DNA of 64,000 nucleotides from Trichosphaerium sp. ATCC 40318 (Eukaryota; Protista; Tubulinea): NCBI GenBank assembly GCA_038496445.1, contig JALMLS010000211.1, positions 62,001 to 126,000 of the forward strand, read 5' to 3'. Shown piece by piece: positions 63,670 to 64,000 of this stretch (position 1 is its first letter; each line of letters starts with the position of its first letter). The notes under the pieces were generated by a model. It saw only the letters and a program-made list of their open reading frames with translations, ran no database searches and was not told where the DNA came from. The position numbers and the translations under genes were made by a program.

Positions 63670-64000
63670 AGAATAATAGCACAAATGTAGCGTATAATCT
63701 CAATGAGAAAAATAAACATCACGTGACCGCACGCCTTGAAACAGTATTTGCTTATTTCATTTAAAGTCTTTACACTAAAGTCATGTGCAAATTAGCCAAG
63801 TCTCTGCCAGTCATGTGCCGATCGGCAACTTTTCAAATAATATCAAGTTAAAATAAAACCGTTGTACTCTACTCTGTAGAAAACAGTCTGTTAGATAATG
63901 GGTAATGCCAATAACGCTGAAAACAAGATTTATTTTGTAGCAACAGCTCATTTAGACACACAATGGTTATGGACCATTCAAGTACGCTTTTGACATTAGA

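Noticed and set aside
1-64000. Non-standard genetic code or stop readthrough suggested by fragmented ORFs
   Set aside because: Conserved genes checked (Sec13, Ras, AP3S, TRAPPC2, Ubc12) assemble under the standard code once short introns are removed
1-64000. tRNA, rRNA or spliceosomal snRNA genes
   Set aside because: No convincing cloverleaf or conserved U1/U2/U5/U6/rRNA motifs found by eye; not excluded without a covariance-model scan

Overview
AT-rich, gene-dense eukaryotic nuclear DNA with many short GT-AG introns (donors typically GTACGT/GTATGT/GTAAGT/GTGCGT), so most six-frame ORFs are exon fragments. A RegA-type receiver+phosphodiesterase and a Roco kinase point to an amoebozoan-like protist (inference). 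Housekeeping and signalling genes: Sec13, RegA-like PDE, Roco kinase, REM-domain protein, AP-3 sigma, double-Pmp3, Ubc12, PH protein, CHMP7, Ras, ProRS, nitrilase-family hydrolase, epoxide hydrolase, PA-7TM receptor, degenerate acyl-CoA synthetase, TRAPPC2 and a CrtR-like desaturase. Among them is a set of intron-poor, fast-turnover genes: two bacterial-type SMI1/KNR4 (SUKH) immunity-like genes with different N-termini (one NLS-like, one MORN-derived), an F-box-like+MORN-variant (YwqK-like) family with 2 intact and 3 decayed copies, an F-box-LRR, an F-box pseudogene, a stand-alone MLKL-like four-helix-bundle gene and an inverted pair of Cys-rich secreted peptide genes. Together these suggest a candidate anti-toxin/anti-pathogen defence repertoire (hypothesis). 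Also present: a poly(A)-tailed GC-richer insert, a 136-bp MITE-like element, a GC-AG intron and many CACGTG motifs. Exon structures were assembled by eye and some gene ends are approximate.
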